DNA from: Camelus dromedarius
Taxonomy: Eukaryota
Length of the DNA: 64,000 nt
Assembly: GCF_036321535.1 (NCBI RefSeq)
Contig: NC_087436.1
Location: 44,394,001-44,458,000, forward strand
Direction of reading: 5' to 3'
Part shown: positions 1-12,020 of the stretch, piece by piece
How the letters are laid out: every line of letters starts with the position of its first letter
How positions within the stretch are numbered: position 1 is the stretch's first letter
Made by a program: the position numbers and the translations under genes
Notes under the pieces: model-generated
Database searches by the model: none
What the model saw: only the letters and a program-made list of their open reading frames with translations
Told to the model about the DNA's origin: nothing

Positions 1-382
1 CTTTTCAAAAGTTCATTTTATGCCACTTCACTTTTACAAAAGACCTTCATCAGTACCTGTTTTCGATAACAGAAAGAAATATGAAGAAAAGCAAAAATGC
101 ATTCAGCCTTTGTTTTGCAATGAGCTGTTAGAGAGGTAGCAGGTACCTTTAGCAATGAGGGTTCCACCACCAGCTCCTTCCCCAAGATCTACTTTCAGCA
201 TCTCAGCATCAACCCCCCAGTAGCTTTGACCTGTGTCTGTGAGCTTCTGTGCTTTTTCTCAATTTATTTTGTACATCCCCTAGCAAGATGTGTCCTAAGG
301 TGCTGCTGCTTCACTTTAGGACATTATGGCTTATGAAAGGTTTCATAGGAACACTCTGCTTTTGGATAGCAGGGGAAACCTG
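1..382 (-). mobile_element. TcMar-Tigger non-autonomous DNA transposon (MER82/Tigger17-like), cut by window start
   Basis: Minus strand begins TA|CAGGTTTCCCCTGCTATCCAAAAGCAGAGTGTTCCTATGAAACCTTTC, matching the recalled MER82-type terminus; TA target site at 383-384. Confidence 0.8.
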
Positions 383-1051
383 TATTCTAGAAATGTTTTG
401 GGAAATTTCTAAGTGAATTGATTCGGGTATTGCTACCTCAGTATGTACTATTCATTCTAAAAAGTGAATTGTTTAAATGTCTGCACATGTAATATATAGA
501 GACAAGCTAAATCGCTACCTTTTCCTGTGATTTTTCAGGTATTTTCAGTGATTCCTTTGGTGTTTGTTTGATTTTACAATTCGTGTTCTTTTAAAGCCAC
601 TCAGAGTAAACAGTGTCCTTGTACTGTATCATGAAAATGAGGTAAACTGACCAATATACTACCTTCTTGTGATTTTTAAAAGTTTGTTTAAACAAAACAA
701 ATCAGAAACAAAGCTGTATACTCATTTACTTTTTTGACAGATAAAACATTTGGCTCTCATGCAGTTATTTTATACAGCCTCAAGAACACCGTCCTTAACG
801 GATCCTGCTTAAAATTTAAAAAAAATCTCTTGCTAGGTTCCCTGTTATACAGAATTACTAGCAGAATAACCTTTCACCTCAAGTTAAGGGAATTCTTAAC
901 AGCTTCTTTTTATGAAGTGCTGATTTCTTCTAAGGGATGATTTCTCCTTGGAAAATTTTCACATTCTGAGATGTGAAATTCTGACTGAGGCTTTCCATTT
1001 TTGTTTGAATTATACTTGGAAAATGACCACTGTCTGTATATTCTTTACTCT

Positions 1052-1070
1052 CCCTCTCTAGATGGCAGCA
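1052..1070 (+). promoter_or_regulatory. Candidate CTCF site
   Basis: CTCTAGATGGCAGCA is close to the CTCF core CCACTAGATGGCAGCA, in unique sequence. Confidence 0.5.
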
Positions 1071-1656
1071 TTTGTTTCATAGACTATCTCCCCTTTTCTT
1101 TTTTGGACCACCTTCTTTATGAATGTCTACACCTGGGGAATATAAGTGCTGACTGAAGACTACCAGACTAAGTGACTAAATGAATGACTACATGGCTTCC
1201 TGGTGAAAGTTGAAGTTATTATTCTATGACTCCTGTTTGTATCTTCTCAACAAAGAATTTGTATTTCACCAAAATCAATTCATGCAAACTTAGGAGAAAA
1301 CATTCCAAATGAAATGAATAAATCCCAAATCTGAAAGCTTTACTTTCCCCCACCCCAGTATGTTCACATGGGATACTGAAATTCTTCCATGTTAGAATAA
1401 TATTACTGAGATTTTTACCGAACTAGTGATGCCCCAACGCTCCTGAAATGTAAAACAAAAACAAAAACAAAGCAAAAACAAAAAACTTAAGTTTCCTAGC
1501 CAAAGTAATAAGTGAGAATATGTATCTCCTTACTATGTGGAAATAGAAATAAAAGCTCCAAACTTATTGAAGTTTGCACATTCCTAATGCCGATTGGTGG
1601 TAAGAAATGTGATTACAGAGCATAGGATTTAGAAATAGCTGAAACATGCCACCATT

Positions 1657-1834
1657 CAAGGTTGCCTCCATGGGCATCTGATCGGTGCAGCCGCATAGAG
1701 TCCTGTGCTTAGAAGGGTCCTAAACTTCGTTTAACGCTCTTCTGTAACTGTCTAGAAATTCCCTATCCTTTCTAAACAAGAGGCTTCACATTTTAATTTT
1801 GCACTGGGCCCCATAAATTATGTAGCCCTTCCTG
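1657..1834 (+). mobile_element. MER45A (hAT-Tip100 MITE), full length
   Basis: CAAGGTTGCCTCCATGGGC...TTTTGCACTGGGCCCCATAAATTATGTAGCCCTTCCTG follows the MER45A consensus; degenerate 8-bp TSD ccaccatt/ccacattt. Confidence 0.85.
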
Positions 1835-3856
1835 CCACATTTTTACTAAGGGCAAGTATCTCAAGTTGACAATACTTTCATAATGAATGATAACAGATAA
1901 TTCCTATTTAGTCAATGAAGTGTGAAGTAGACCAAATGTTATAGGATAACTAAAAACTCTAGGTAAAACAGAAAGCATTCTTAGGTTTTTAGAATCTTTA
2001 AAATCACAATTTTGCAAAATTCATAGCAAGATTTTCTAAATTCCCGTCCATAGAGGAAAAGTAGTAATTGATGGAAAGTGTTCTTTTTTCTTTTGTAAAA
2101 AAAAAACACTAAATATATTTCAACACATCTGTTTCTGTGGTTGCAATGGAATCTATAAATCCAGCAGCACATATAAAATAAGGAAGACAGAGAGAACTAA
2201 ATTTACTTCATTTATGTTCTTTTGGATAAAACATCTCATAAACTGTTAACATGGCTAGAGTAATGCAGTGAGAATATGGTGCTCTTAGAAAAACAAAGAC
2301 TTTGTGAGAATGAAAAAATCAGAAAGTTGAGACTACACCCCACCCCATCAGCTTCTTAAGTACAAAACAAAAACGTTACTTTATGGCTACTCTGGAAAAA
2401 AAAGAATCACATACTCATTTTCATCTTGAAGTAGGATCATAACCCAGAACATCTATTGACAACTTGAACAAAATGGTTGTCTAAACCATTTAAGAAATCT
2501 AAGGCATAGGGACCACTGTTAGAGTTGCCAGTTTAAACTTCTGTCTGTGTGATTTCAGCTTACATCACTGACATCTAATTAAATATGTCTTTTAATAGTG
2601 GTTGACTTTTTGGACGTTGAATAAGTAAAGAGCGTGTAAGCAACCCAGTTACCCCCATCAATCAAGGAAGAATGCAAATAATGTCCAGCCTCCTGCTTAT
2701 CCCCACCAGTACGTTCCTAGATACCAGGGCAGAAGTCAGAGTGGTCCTAGAAAGTCATGTGGCCTCTAGGGAAGCTTGACTGCCCAAGACCTTACCAAGA
2801 ATGCAAAGAAAAGAGGAGGGGAGGGGAGGGAAGAAGAGAGGGGAGATCCAAAAGTAAAAGGAAAATTTTCTATGTACACATAGACTATGGAAGTAGTGGA
2901 ATTAAGAGAGGATTAGATTTGCAATATTATCGTATAGAAAGGAATTTAAAAATTTTATTCTTAATTCCTAGAGCTGGCTGCCTATACTTCCCTAAGTGAA
3001 TATAGAGGGTTTCCAAACAAAGGTTGCTGAGTGAGGGGATGTAAGATTCATGCACTCTCAACCACAATCCTCCGTGTCAGGGACTAGGGTACAATATTCT
3101 CATTTTATATTATTGAGTGTCTTTGGCTCTATTTTTAACAGTAAAAATTTTCATTCAGTAAGTCAGTAATATACCCTGAACTTATACCTAAAAATAAGGA
3201 GCAATAATTGTGCTTCTCACATACAGTAAGATATATATACATGACTTGTTCAGTGAAAAAATTGTCTCAAGGCTTTTAAATACTCTCAAAATATGAAGTG
3301 ACTATAAAATTATGAGATTGTAAAAAAGATTCCCAAGGGAGAAAAAGTATCTTTTGCTAAGTAAACAAGAAAAAAGACACTTTCTTAAGAATCTTTCCTG
3401 ACTACATGTATGGATGGTGGTAAGAGAGTGGTATGAGTCTCTGTCAGTATTGGACTAACTTAAGGAGATAAACAAAAGTTATCTAAACAAACAAGTTATA
3501 ATTCTATTTGATGATGACATTTATAAGAACAGTCATATTTTTCCCAAGCTGATGGAATATCAAGAAAACATAAACATTGAAATAAGTTGCATATTCTAGA
3601 TATATGTGAAAAGGAAAGGCATCAGAGGGTAATCAGGCACATATGCATGGCACATAGTTTCCTTCTGAGCTGTAACTCTGTCTCTTTTTTCCCAGTTGGG
3701 GAGCTACATCTGTTTCTTCTCCCTCATTTGATATGATCCAGTAAAATCCCAGCCTTGGATCTGCTTGCCCGGAACATCAGTGATTACTTGACTACTCAGC
3801 ACATAAATCTCACTCCAACCCTTGTTGGGCAGATATTAGTAATGAGATAACTCAGC

Positions 3857-3976
3857 CTACGGCATCATCCGCCCTTTGCTTCTCTCCACCGGGAGACTCT
3901 TTGTAACTTGCCCCTCCAACATCGTCAGAACTGATGTCAATTGTTTTCCCAGATCAGCGTGGTGGAGAAATATATA
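3857..3976 (-). other. Candidate terminal coding exon of an unrecognised gene (YIFLHHADLGKQLTSVLTMLEGQVTKSLPVERSKGRMMP*)
   Basis: Strong acceptor ttttctgtttttctttaaacag|, open frame 0 to TAG, several retained CpGs; no homology recognised. Confidence 0.2.
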
Positions 3977-4507
3977 CTGTTTAAAGAAAAACAGAAAAGC
4001 CTGTGGAGGTTTGCAGTATTTCCAAATATCAGCACTGTGAACACTGAATTCCAAAACATGATGCTCTAAAAGATTCAAACAAACCTGGAAGCCACGTCTC
4101 TGTCACATTTCCTCCATTAGTACCTGAATGGACTTTCCCACCTTCAGACCCTTTTTCCCTTTATTTACCATGTCTTCCTATTTCAAAAGGTTTTGCACAC
4201 TAATAACTCTCTTTAACAGACTAAAACACATGCATAGTTGTATTTCTAAAATTCTATTTTAGTGTTAGAACGTGTGCCAGCCTTGCCAACAGGGCATGAG
4301 CACTAGTTATCTGGGGATGAGTTCTCCTGTTGTAAGATCATTGCTTTTTTTGTTGGTGCAGTAGGAGTGAAGATGTTTTTGTTTGTGTTGCTGAACTGAC
4401 TAAAAAGGATTGAATTAACAGGCTACTGTATACATTAAAAACTCTGTGTAACACTGCTACTGAATATATATATTTAATTGCGATTTATATATGGCATTTT
4501 AAACTTG

Positions 4508-4678
4508 CAGCACAGCTATGGGCATGTCACTTGTGCAGTTCCACAGACTCCACACTTAATGGGGCCTCTCATTTGCTGTTGCTGCCTTGAAATTCTTAAT
4601 AATTCTCAATAATTTTTGGAAACAGAACCTAGGATTTTCATTCTGGCCTGAGACCCACCAATTATATAGGTGGTCTTG
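4508..4678 (+). mobile_element. MER45A-like hAT-Tip100 MITE (diverged)
   Basis: ATGGGCATGTCACTTGTGCAG...CTTGAAATTCTTAATAATT...AATTATATAGGTGGTCTTG; collinear with the copy at 1657. Confidence 0.75.
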
Positions 4679-6446
4679 ACTTTCAGTAAAAATTTCTTTC
4701 GGATCCTAGGCCTTGAGGTACTTTGCTACTGGTAAAGAGAGCTGGTTCATTGCCTATGAGAACATACTGGGGCTCAATAAATTGTTGGTTTAGACAGAGC
4801 CTGATCTTGAAAGAAGAATACAAGTGTCCAATGATTATGAAAGGTTGTTTATAAAGAAAACCATACATGTTTTCCATTGACTTTCATTGTAAAAACAAAA
4901 ATTTGTTCTTGTGGACCATTCAGTCAGTGGACAAGTTAAAATCCTTTGGTGAGGAAAAGTTTCAATTAAGGAGCTTGCCTTGTTCTTCATCGATGCCCCA
5001 GGATCTGCTTGTAGTTTTTCTTACAGACTTCAGTTTGAAATTAAAAATGCAATTAAAAATTGATAAAAAATTAAAATTTAGCATAGATTTGAAGCCCAGC
5101 TGCCATACTTTCTGGCAATTTAAGATTGGACTTTTTTTTTTTTTAAAGCATGCGCACTAAAGTTTTACTTAACCTGGTAGCACTGTATAAGAGAACCAAC
5201 AGTAGTGTTTACGACCAACTCATGGAAAGTCTGGATTAGGGGCAAGAAATTCTGTTCCAGTAGTGGTTGAGATGGTTAGGAGAAAATTCCACTACTACAC
5301 AAGATGGAGAAGTAGGAATCAATTGTTGAGGAAAGAACCAAGGATCTAGTTAACAGAGTGCTGTTGCCCCCAGATAGACTGTCCTAATACTGAAGTAGGA
5401 AGTTACTAATGTGGGGATTATGAAAAAGCAAAATTTGCTGTGGATTGTAATGTGTTGCTGATGCTTGAAAAACTTCTCTGGAAGCCTCTTGAGCAGATGT
5501 GGAAGCTGAAGGGGCATCAGCTGGAACCACAACGTTTATCATCTAATTCCTATGGACTATCCATTTGCCTTTGATGAAATGTAGTACTAGTTTTTTAAAA
5601 AGATGATAGGCTATTTAAGGAAGTAAGAGAATATGTTTACATAATTATAATGATGGCATCCTTCTTCCGTTCAGTGAATAGTTTAGGGGGAAATTATGTT
5701 TACCTTTATAGTGGTCCTGTGAGTGAGGAATGTAGTCTTTTAGAACCACAGAGGTCATGGACACAGCGATGGATTTAATCTCTGACTACAATGAAGCAAG
5801 GCATTTTGACATTTTATTGTAGTAGTAGGAGTCTTTGATGTTACTTTCTGCAGATTGGCACTGTGCATTACTTTATGTCCCCCTGAAATAGCGCTTTTAA
5901 TACCCCTGCCTCCTTCCACTGCTCTTGCACTGGCTCAAGGCTGAGAAGCAGCAGCCCTGTGCCAGCTCTAATTAAGCCATAAGACACTCCAGGCGGTATA
6001 TTTCTAGAGATTACTACATGCCTGCCTTAAGTGCATCACTACTAAAGGAAGACTGTCATACTTTACAAAATGCATTCTCTGTAGTGACTTATTGCCATTT
6101 GGAAGGGGAACTTTTATAAGCTAGAAAGAAAAGAGAGGAGGAGGGAGGTATTTCCCATTCACTGGATGGCATTCTCTGTGTGTGGCTTTCTTATTCCTTT
6201 AAAAGAGGGAAGCGATATTCACCTGAGACCTGTATAGTCAGCAATGAGACATTCTATGTAGATCCAACCAGTGGGCACATACTTGTCTGACTGTCTTCTC
6301 ACTGCAGTCAGTACACACAAGGGATACGATTTTTAATCTGAGGTATTTTTGCCTGTTGTATGGAAGTTTCCTCACCAGACAATTGTAAAAATGACATTAC
6401 ACCTCTTCTGTTTTGAGGTTAAAAGGACAAGAGATACAAAGTGAAG

Positions 6447-6577
6447 TTTTTAAATTCTTTCCGGGGGGTCAGGAAGGTAATTAGGTTTATTTATTTATTT
6501 TAATGGAGGTGCTGAGGATTGAACGCAGGACCTCACGCATGCTAAGCATGTGCTCTACTACTGATCTATACCCTTCC
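6447..6577 (-). mobile_element. Camelid tRNA-derived SINE (Vic-1 type)
   Basis: Minus strand GGAAGGGTATAGATCAGTAGTAGAGCACATGCTTAGCATGCGTGAGGTCCTGCGTTCAATCCTCAGCACCTCCATTAAAATAAATAAATAAACCTAATTACC; Pol III A/B boxes and the characteristic tail. Confidence 0.9.
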
Positions 6578-6644
6578 TTACTAAATGAATTTTAATGAAT
6601 TGGAGACAGTCAAAATGCTTTAGCTTTTGTGTGTCTAAGGGGCA

Positions 6645-6880
6645 TGTGGTACAGAGCGCTGGTTATGAAGTCAGTCTCTCAAGCGAGACTGCTAGGTTTG
6701 AATGCCAACCTTGAGACTTTTTAGCTGTATGACCCTGAGAAAGTGACTTTAATTCTCGATTCCTCACTTTTCTTCTCTGTCAGAAGTGTACAAGCATATC
6801 TAACTTTCAGAGTTTGTTTTATGGATTAAGTAGGTTGACATATGTAAGGCAATTAAATAGTATCTGGCACATAGCAAGGC
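6645..6880 (+). mobile_element. MIR SINE
   Basis: AGACTGCTAGGTTTGAATGCC...AGCTGTATGACCCTGAGAAAGTGACTTTAA...TCTGGCACATAG core and 3' end. Confidence 0.85.
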
Positions 6881-7054
6881 AAAAAGGTACTTCCTCACTT
6901 TTTGAAAATATTTATTACATTTAAATTTATCAGTGATCCTCAAAGGATACTGAGCAGGGAATCAGAATGACTCTATCTTACTTTTAACTATATAACTTGG
7001 GAAAAGTTGCCATCTCTAGGTTTCAACTTCCATATTTATAAAACAGTCAAAAAT

Positions 7055-7514
7055 TTAGGCAGCCTCTAGGAAGGCCCCCATGATCCTTGTCTCTGGTATT
7101 CGTACCCTGTGTAATCCTCTCCCCTTGAATGTGGGCTGGATTGAAATGTTACTTCTGAGATTAGGTCACAGAAGATGGAGGCTTCTATCTGGGAAGCCTT
7201 TCCTAGCTCTCTCAGAGCACTGGCTGCCATGTCACAAGGGCACACTCAGGCAGCTTATATAGAGGCTCGTGTGGACCCACGACCATCCGGCAACAGCATG
7301 AATGAACCCAACAGTAGATGTCCAGCTCCCAACAAGTTTGAAGGGACTGGAGTCACAGCTGACAGCTTGATTGCAACCTCTGGAAAGATGCTGAATGGGA
7401 GGCACCGGCTAAGCTGCACTTGCATTCCTCATTTCAGAGACTGAGATAAGCACTTCTTGTTTTCAGCCACTACATTTTGAGATAATTTGTTATGCAGCAA
7501 TAGATAACTAATAC
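7055..7514 (+). mobile_element. MLT1F-type ERVL-MaLR solo LTR inserted in a MIR fragment
   Basis: GGCCCCCATGATCCTTGTCTCTGGTATTCGTACCCTGTGTAATCCTCTCCCCTTGAATGTGGGCTGG start; TTTGTTATGCAGCAATAGATAACTAATAC end. Confidence 0.85.
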
Positions 7515-7671
7515 GGTCAATGAGCTAACATATGTGGAAGGTACTGGACAAGTGCAGAATGTTAATAGAGTTGAGACATTAATATTGCTAATAGCTACCT
7601 TAAAGAAACTAATATATGCCAAAAGTACTAATATATTGTATTAGTTTATTGTTTGCTTCATATGTATTTGT

Positions 7672-8290
7672 ATCATTCATTAACAGAACAAAATATCATG
7701 AGATTACCTTCTTTATGCCAGGCACCACTATAGGATTGGTAATATAACAGCAAAGAAAACAGACAAATACCCCTGTCCTTTGGAAGCTTATATGTAGGTA
7801 AATAAATAAAAGACAAGGAATATTAGATTTCTGTAAGTGCTTATGATAATACTTAAGCAAGAGAGGGGTTGGGAGTACTTGTATACAGGTTGGATGTGTG
7901 TGTGTTTTAACAGTTTTGAAAATGGCAAGGAAAAGACTCCATGAGAAGGGTATATTTAAGTCAAGATCTAAAAGGGCAGAAGGAGCAAGCCATGAGAATA
8001 TTGAGGGAAGAATGTTCCAGGCAGAGGCAATTGCAGGTGCTGGGGCCCTGAGGCTGGGGCTTTTCTGGGCCTTTAGGAACATCAGGAGGTGAGGTTAAAG
8101 GGGTACAGAGAGTCAGTGCAGGTTCCTGTAGGCCATTTAAAAACACAGGCTTAACTCTGAGTAAGATGGGAAATCACAGAAGGTTCTGAGTAGGTGTTAG
8201 CATGATCTGATTATGGTTTTGCAGAATTCTTGGCTGCTGATGGAGGAAAGGCTTGAGAGAAGGGTTGATAAAAGAGGTAGCCAGGAGGCT
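7672..8290 (-). mobile_element. L2 (L2a-like) 3' fragment
   Basis: CATTCATT...TATGCCAGGCACC...GGAGCAAGCCATGAGAATATTGAGGGAAGAATGTTCCAGGCAGAGG are antisense L2 motifs; explains ORFs 7696-8146. Confidence 0.85.
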
Positions 8291-8550
8291 GGTTATTGAC
8301 ACTAGTTTAAGTGAACTAATAAAACGTGTTTTAATTTTGTGCTAATTGGGAAAAAGATGATCTAAAATTTCCTTTCACTTATAAAATTACTTTGTCAACA
8401 TTACTAAATTCTCATGAGAAAGGCAGCATGTTTAATATATATTTAAGATAGAAGTAAAAATTGTTATTTTACTCATACTGCTTGATAAGACCTAGCATTA
8501 AGGATAATATTATGAATGTACATCTAAATAATTCCTAAACGATTCAGCTA

Positions 8551-8670
8551 AATATATATATGTATGTGTATGTGTGTATATATATTACATGTGGGAGCAC
8601 ATCTATAGGTGCAAAGAGTGATATATGTGAATGTATGTATACATACATACACATACATGTGTGCACATGC
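8551..8670. repeat. Mixed (TA)/(TG)/(CA) low-complexity repeat
   Basis: Alternating purine-pyrimidine runs visible in sequence. Confidence 0.8.
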
Positions 8671-9914
8671 AATGAGAGAGTGTGGAAATGTGACAAAATT
8701 TTAGCAACTCTTACATTCAGGTAAGGGTGCTTATTTGCTACTCTTGTAAATTTATAAAATGTTAGAGGAAAGTGCATCAGAATTTCATATTTGTTCAAAA
8801 TAGATTTCTTTTACTAAATATATAAATATGCCATGATAAAGATTAGAAAGAAAATGGGATTATGACCTTGAGTTCCTCACTTGGGTGTTTATACACTAAC
8901 TAGAAAAATCTAAACACTATACAGTTAACTCAAACTACGAGCGCTGGGGTCTCTGGCCGTATTCTAGCTGATTATTTTGTAACGCTCATAATTACTTGCA
9001 AGAAACCTCATTTACTTGCTAAAATAATGAAATAACTTCAAAAATATGCTAAGGGGGTGTGGGTAGATTTAACATCGTTTGGTGTTGCAAGCAAATGACT
9101 CACTTGTCTAATATGTGCACTGCTTAAGAAGCAATTCCATATACATCGTAGACGCAGGTACATTGATTGTCTCAGAAACGCATAGCCAGCCAATCAATGT
9201 GGACAATAAGGCTTTGAAAGTTTGATGTATGAAAATTGTTATTGGTCTGCTACCACTAGTTTTATCATAATTCTGTCTATTCTTGTGTTTATCTAGCAAA
9301 TACAGTGTTGAAGCATTTTTAAAAAATGGTTATTTCAGTTCTGTTGAAAAAATGAAAGTAAATGGAATAAACAGAAGGTAAAGGACAAAACAAAAAATAG
9401 TTATTCTAGGTTACAAAAAAATGCAAGATTTTTATCACAAAATAAATTAAAGCAACATGCTTTTTGCTGTGATAGACTGAAAGTTGTAGTAAGAGTAATC
9501 CTTTATTATCTTAAGATATTTTATTTCTCTAACAGTACCACCAAAAAATTATGTCAGATTTCTAAAGACTGTATTAATCATGAGAATAACTTTAGATTTA
9601 ATTCCCAAGATATTTTTTGGCAGAAGCCAAGCCTAATAGGTATCTACAGCAAATTAAATGTTAATCTTTTAGTAACAAACAAATAAAAAACAAACAGAAA
9701 CCCAGGCTATTAGTAAATATATATAGGGTCCAACATTTTATGGAATTTATAAAAAAGAAACCGATTCTATTTTAACTCAGCTTATTGCTGAGTACAGTCT
9801 TTCAAGTTATATGTTAATGAAAATAGGAAGCAGGCTATTCTTGGGGCTAGTTACTTATTTACTGTGATGCCAGTGTGCTGGAAAAGCTCAAAGGTAAATG
9901 ATGGGAACCCATAA

Positions 9915-10532
9915 TAGAATTCTATTGCAGTGCAGCACATCACCAGCAACTTAGCAAACTTAAAATCACATCCATTTAGTAGCTCACAATTACACAGTTT
10001 GGATGCCTGGGCATGGAGTTCTTGGATTCTTTGCTTAGGGTCTCACTAGGCCAAAATCAAATGTTGGCTGTAGCTGTGCTCCTCATTTGGGCCTCAAGAT
10101 CTTCTTCCAAGCTCTGTCAGAAGAATTTATTTCCTCATGTCTATAGGATTGAGGTCCCCGTTTCCTTGATGTCTGTCAACTGGGGTGCATTCAGCTCAGA
10201 GAGGCTGCCTGCATTCCCTGTCTGATGCACTCTTTATCTTCCAGCCATCAGTGGTTCTTCAGATCCTTTTTGTGCTTTAACTCTCTGATCTCCTCTTCTG
10301 CAACTGAAGCTAGAGAAAACTTTCTACTTTTTAAAGGCTCGTGTGATTAGCATAGGCCAACCCAAATAATCTCCCTATTTTAAGTTCAGTTGATCTGGGA
10401 CCTTAATTACTTTTGCAGAATCCCTTCATAGCAGTGCCTAGATTAGTTTTTCAGTAATTGGGAGAAGGCATGTGTACACCAGGGAGAGCAGGTTCTTGGG
10501 GGAGGGTTTTTCTTAGAATTTTGCCAACCACA
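9915..10532 (-). mobile_element. MLT1E-type ERVL-MaLR solo LTR
   Basis: GCTTAGGGTCTCACTAGGCCAAAATCAA...GGACCTTAATTACTTTTGCAGAATCCCTTCA...CTTAGAATTTTGCCAACCACA terminus. Confidence 0.85.
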
Positions 10533-11129
10533 GAGCTTGATTCTTAAACTATCTTGATTCTAAACATGCCAACTTTCTGTAAATTCTTTTTAATATGTTC
10601 ATTAATCTGGAATTAATAGCCATGCCTTTGCAACCTCATCCATGATTTTGAATCAACTGTTAAAATGTTACTTCTCTTTCTGTAGGAGAAAAATAATTGG
10701 CTTTAAGACATCTTCCTTATTACAAATACACATAGAACTGGCATGCCTATTCAAAGGGAAAAAATTGAAATTAAATCCTGTAGATATTAAAGTTCTTCAG
10801 TTACCATGTTTTACAGTGTCCCAGTCGTTTAGATGCCACTTGGAGTTGGAGATGTTGGATGGAGTGGAGATGAACCAGTCTCCGTCTCTAGCGTGAAGGA
10901 TAGTGGTGAGCTGTGGGAATATGGATAACGTGTGGCAAAGTAAGGGTCATAGAAAGCTTTGCTTAATTTCCTGATGCTACTGCTTTGTGTTATGACAAGA
11001 AGTTGTAGAAGATGATGTTTAGTGACTTAAGGTTGAGCCATACTGAAGAGCGACTGACATTTCCATCTTGTGATTTTGGCATCATTTTGGATTTGTTTTT
11101 TTCTTTTCTATCCTACTCCCACTTTCCTC

Positions 11130-11770
11130 ATTGAAGCCTCATCACCTAATGATTGGATTACTACTGTAGCCTCTTCCCTCACCCCTGTCTCCCCAGACTT
11201 TTCTCATTCAGTTCAACCTACACATGGCTGCTAAATCAATCTTCTTAAAACATGGCTGTCATCACATTAGTCCCTTGATATGGCAGACAGAACTGAGCAG
11301 GAGGAGGTAAACTGGGAGACAAGGAGGCCTAGACTCTGACTCTGGCTTGGCCAGTGCCGCTGGGTGACTTTGGATGTGTCCTTCTCCTGGTCTCCATTCC
11401 CTTCCAGGCAAAATAAAACTAGCAGAGTCATGAAGTTCCTTCTAGCTCTAAAATCTCATGTACCTGTGATAAAAAATCAATAGTCTTATCAGTGTGTTTA
11501 TACAAAGTCTGACCTGTGTATCCCTGCCTCCTTCCCCTGCATCTCTTCCTCACCTGAGTGACCCACACATTCTCAGCCCTCCCTCCTTACAGCCATCATA
11601 AAACTTGTGGGCAAGGAGGAGTTAATCCTCTGAAATATTGTATGCGCCCAGTGGGTGGGCTCATCTTTGTGGAGCTTTCCCAGGTGTCTTCAGTTTATAC
11701 ACTACAGTTCACACCTTTGGATCTCACACCTTTATCTCAACTTAGCTCCTTCTTATGGTTCAGCTAAATA
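11130..11770 (+). mobile_element. L2 fragment interrupted by a MIR3/MIRc-like SINE (about 11280-11460)
   Basis: GGATTACTACTGTAGCCTC...TCTTCTTAAAACATGGCTGTCATCAC is L2-like; GTGACTTTGG...AAGTTCCTTCTAGCTCTAAAATC is a MIR3-like tail. Confidence 0.6.
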
Positions 11771-11784
11771 ATGGTGACGGCCAT

Positions 11785-12020
11785 ATTAGCTGAAATTTAT
11801 CAGACACTTATCAGATGTCAAGCACTGCATTAGTGCTTTGCTTTCCTTATCTCATTTATTCATTCCCAACGTACTGTTATTCTTCCTGCTTTACAGATAA
11901 GGAAACTGAGGTATAGTGAGGATAAGACATTTTCCAGAGGTTATCCTGCTGGTAGATAGTGGAGTCCTAGTTCCTAACCAGATCTGCCAACTTCTGAATC
12001 CATATTCTTAACCACCAAAC
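11785..12020 (-). mobile_element. MIR SINE
   Basis: TTTACAGATAAGGAAACTGAGGT antisense MIR core. Confidence 0.85.

Noticed and set aside
734..940. ORF and acceptor (tttttttgacag| at 740/741) as a coding exon
   Set aside because: No recognisable peptide in any frame and no supporting partner exon; such acceptors are common in AT-rich DNA
2811..2845. Purine tract with four G-runs (possible G-quadruplex)
   Set aside because: Third loop is long, the tract is short, and there is no functional context
6500..6577. tRNA-Ala-like sequence as a tRNA gene
   Set aside because: It is the head of a SINE with mutated boxes and a SINE tail
7696..8146. Overlapping ORFs up to 128 aa
   Set aside because: They lie within a decayed L2 element
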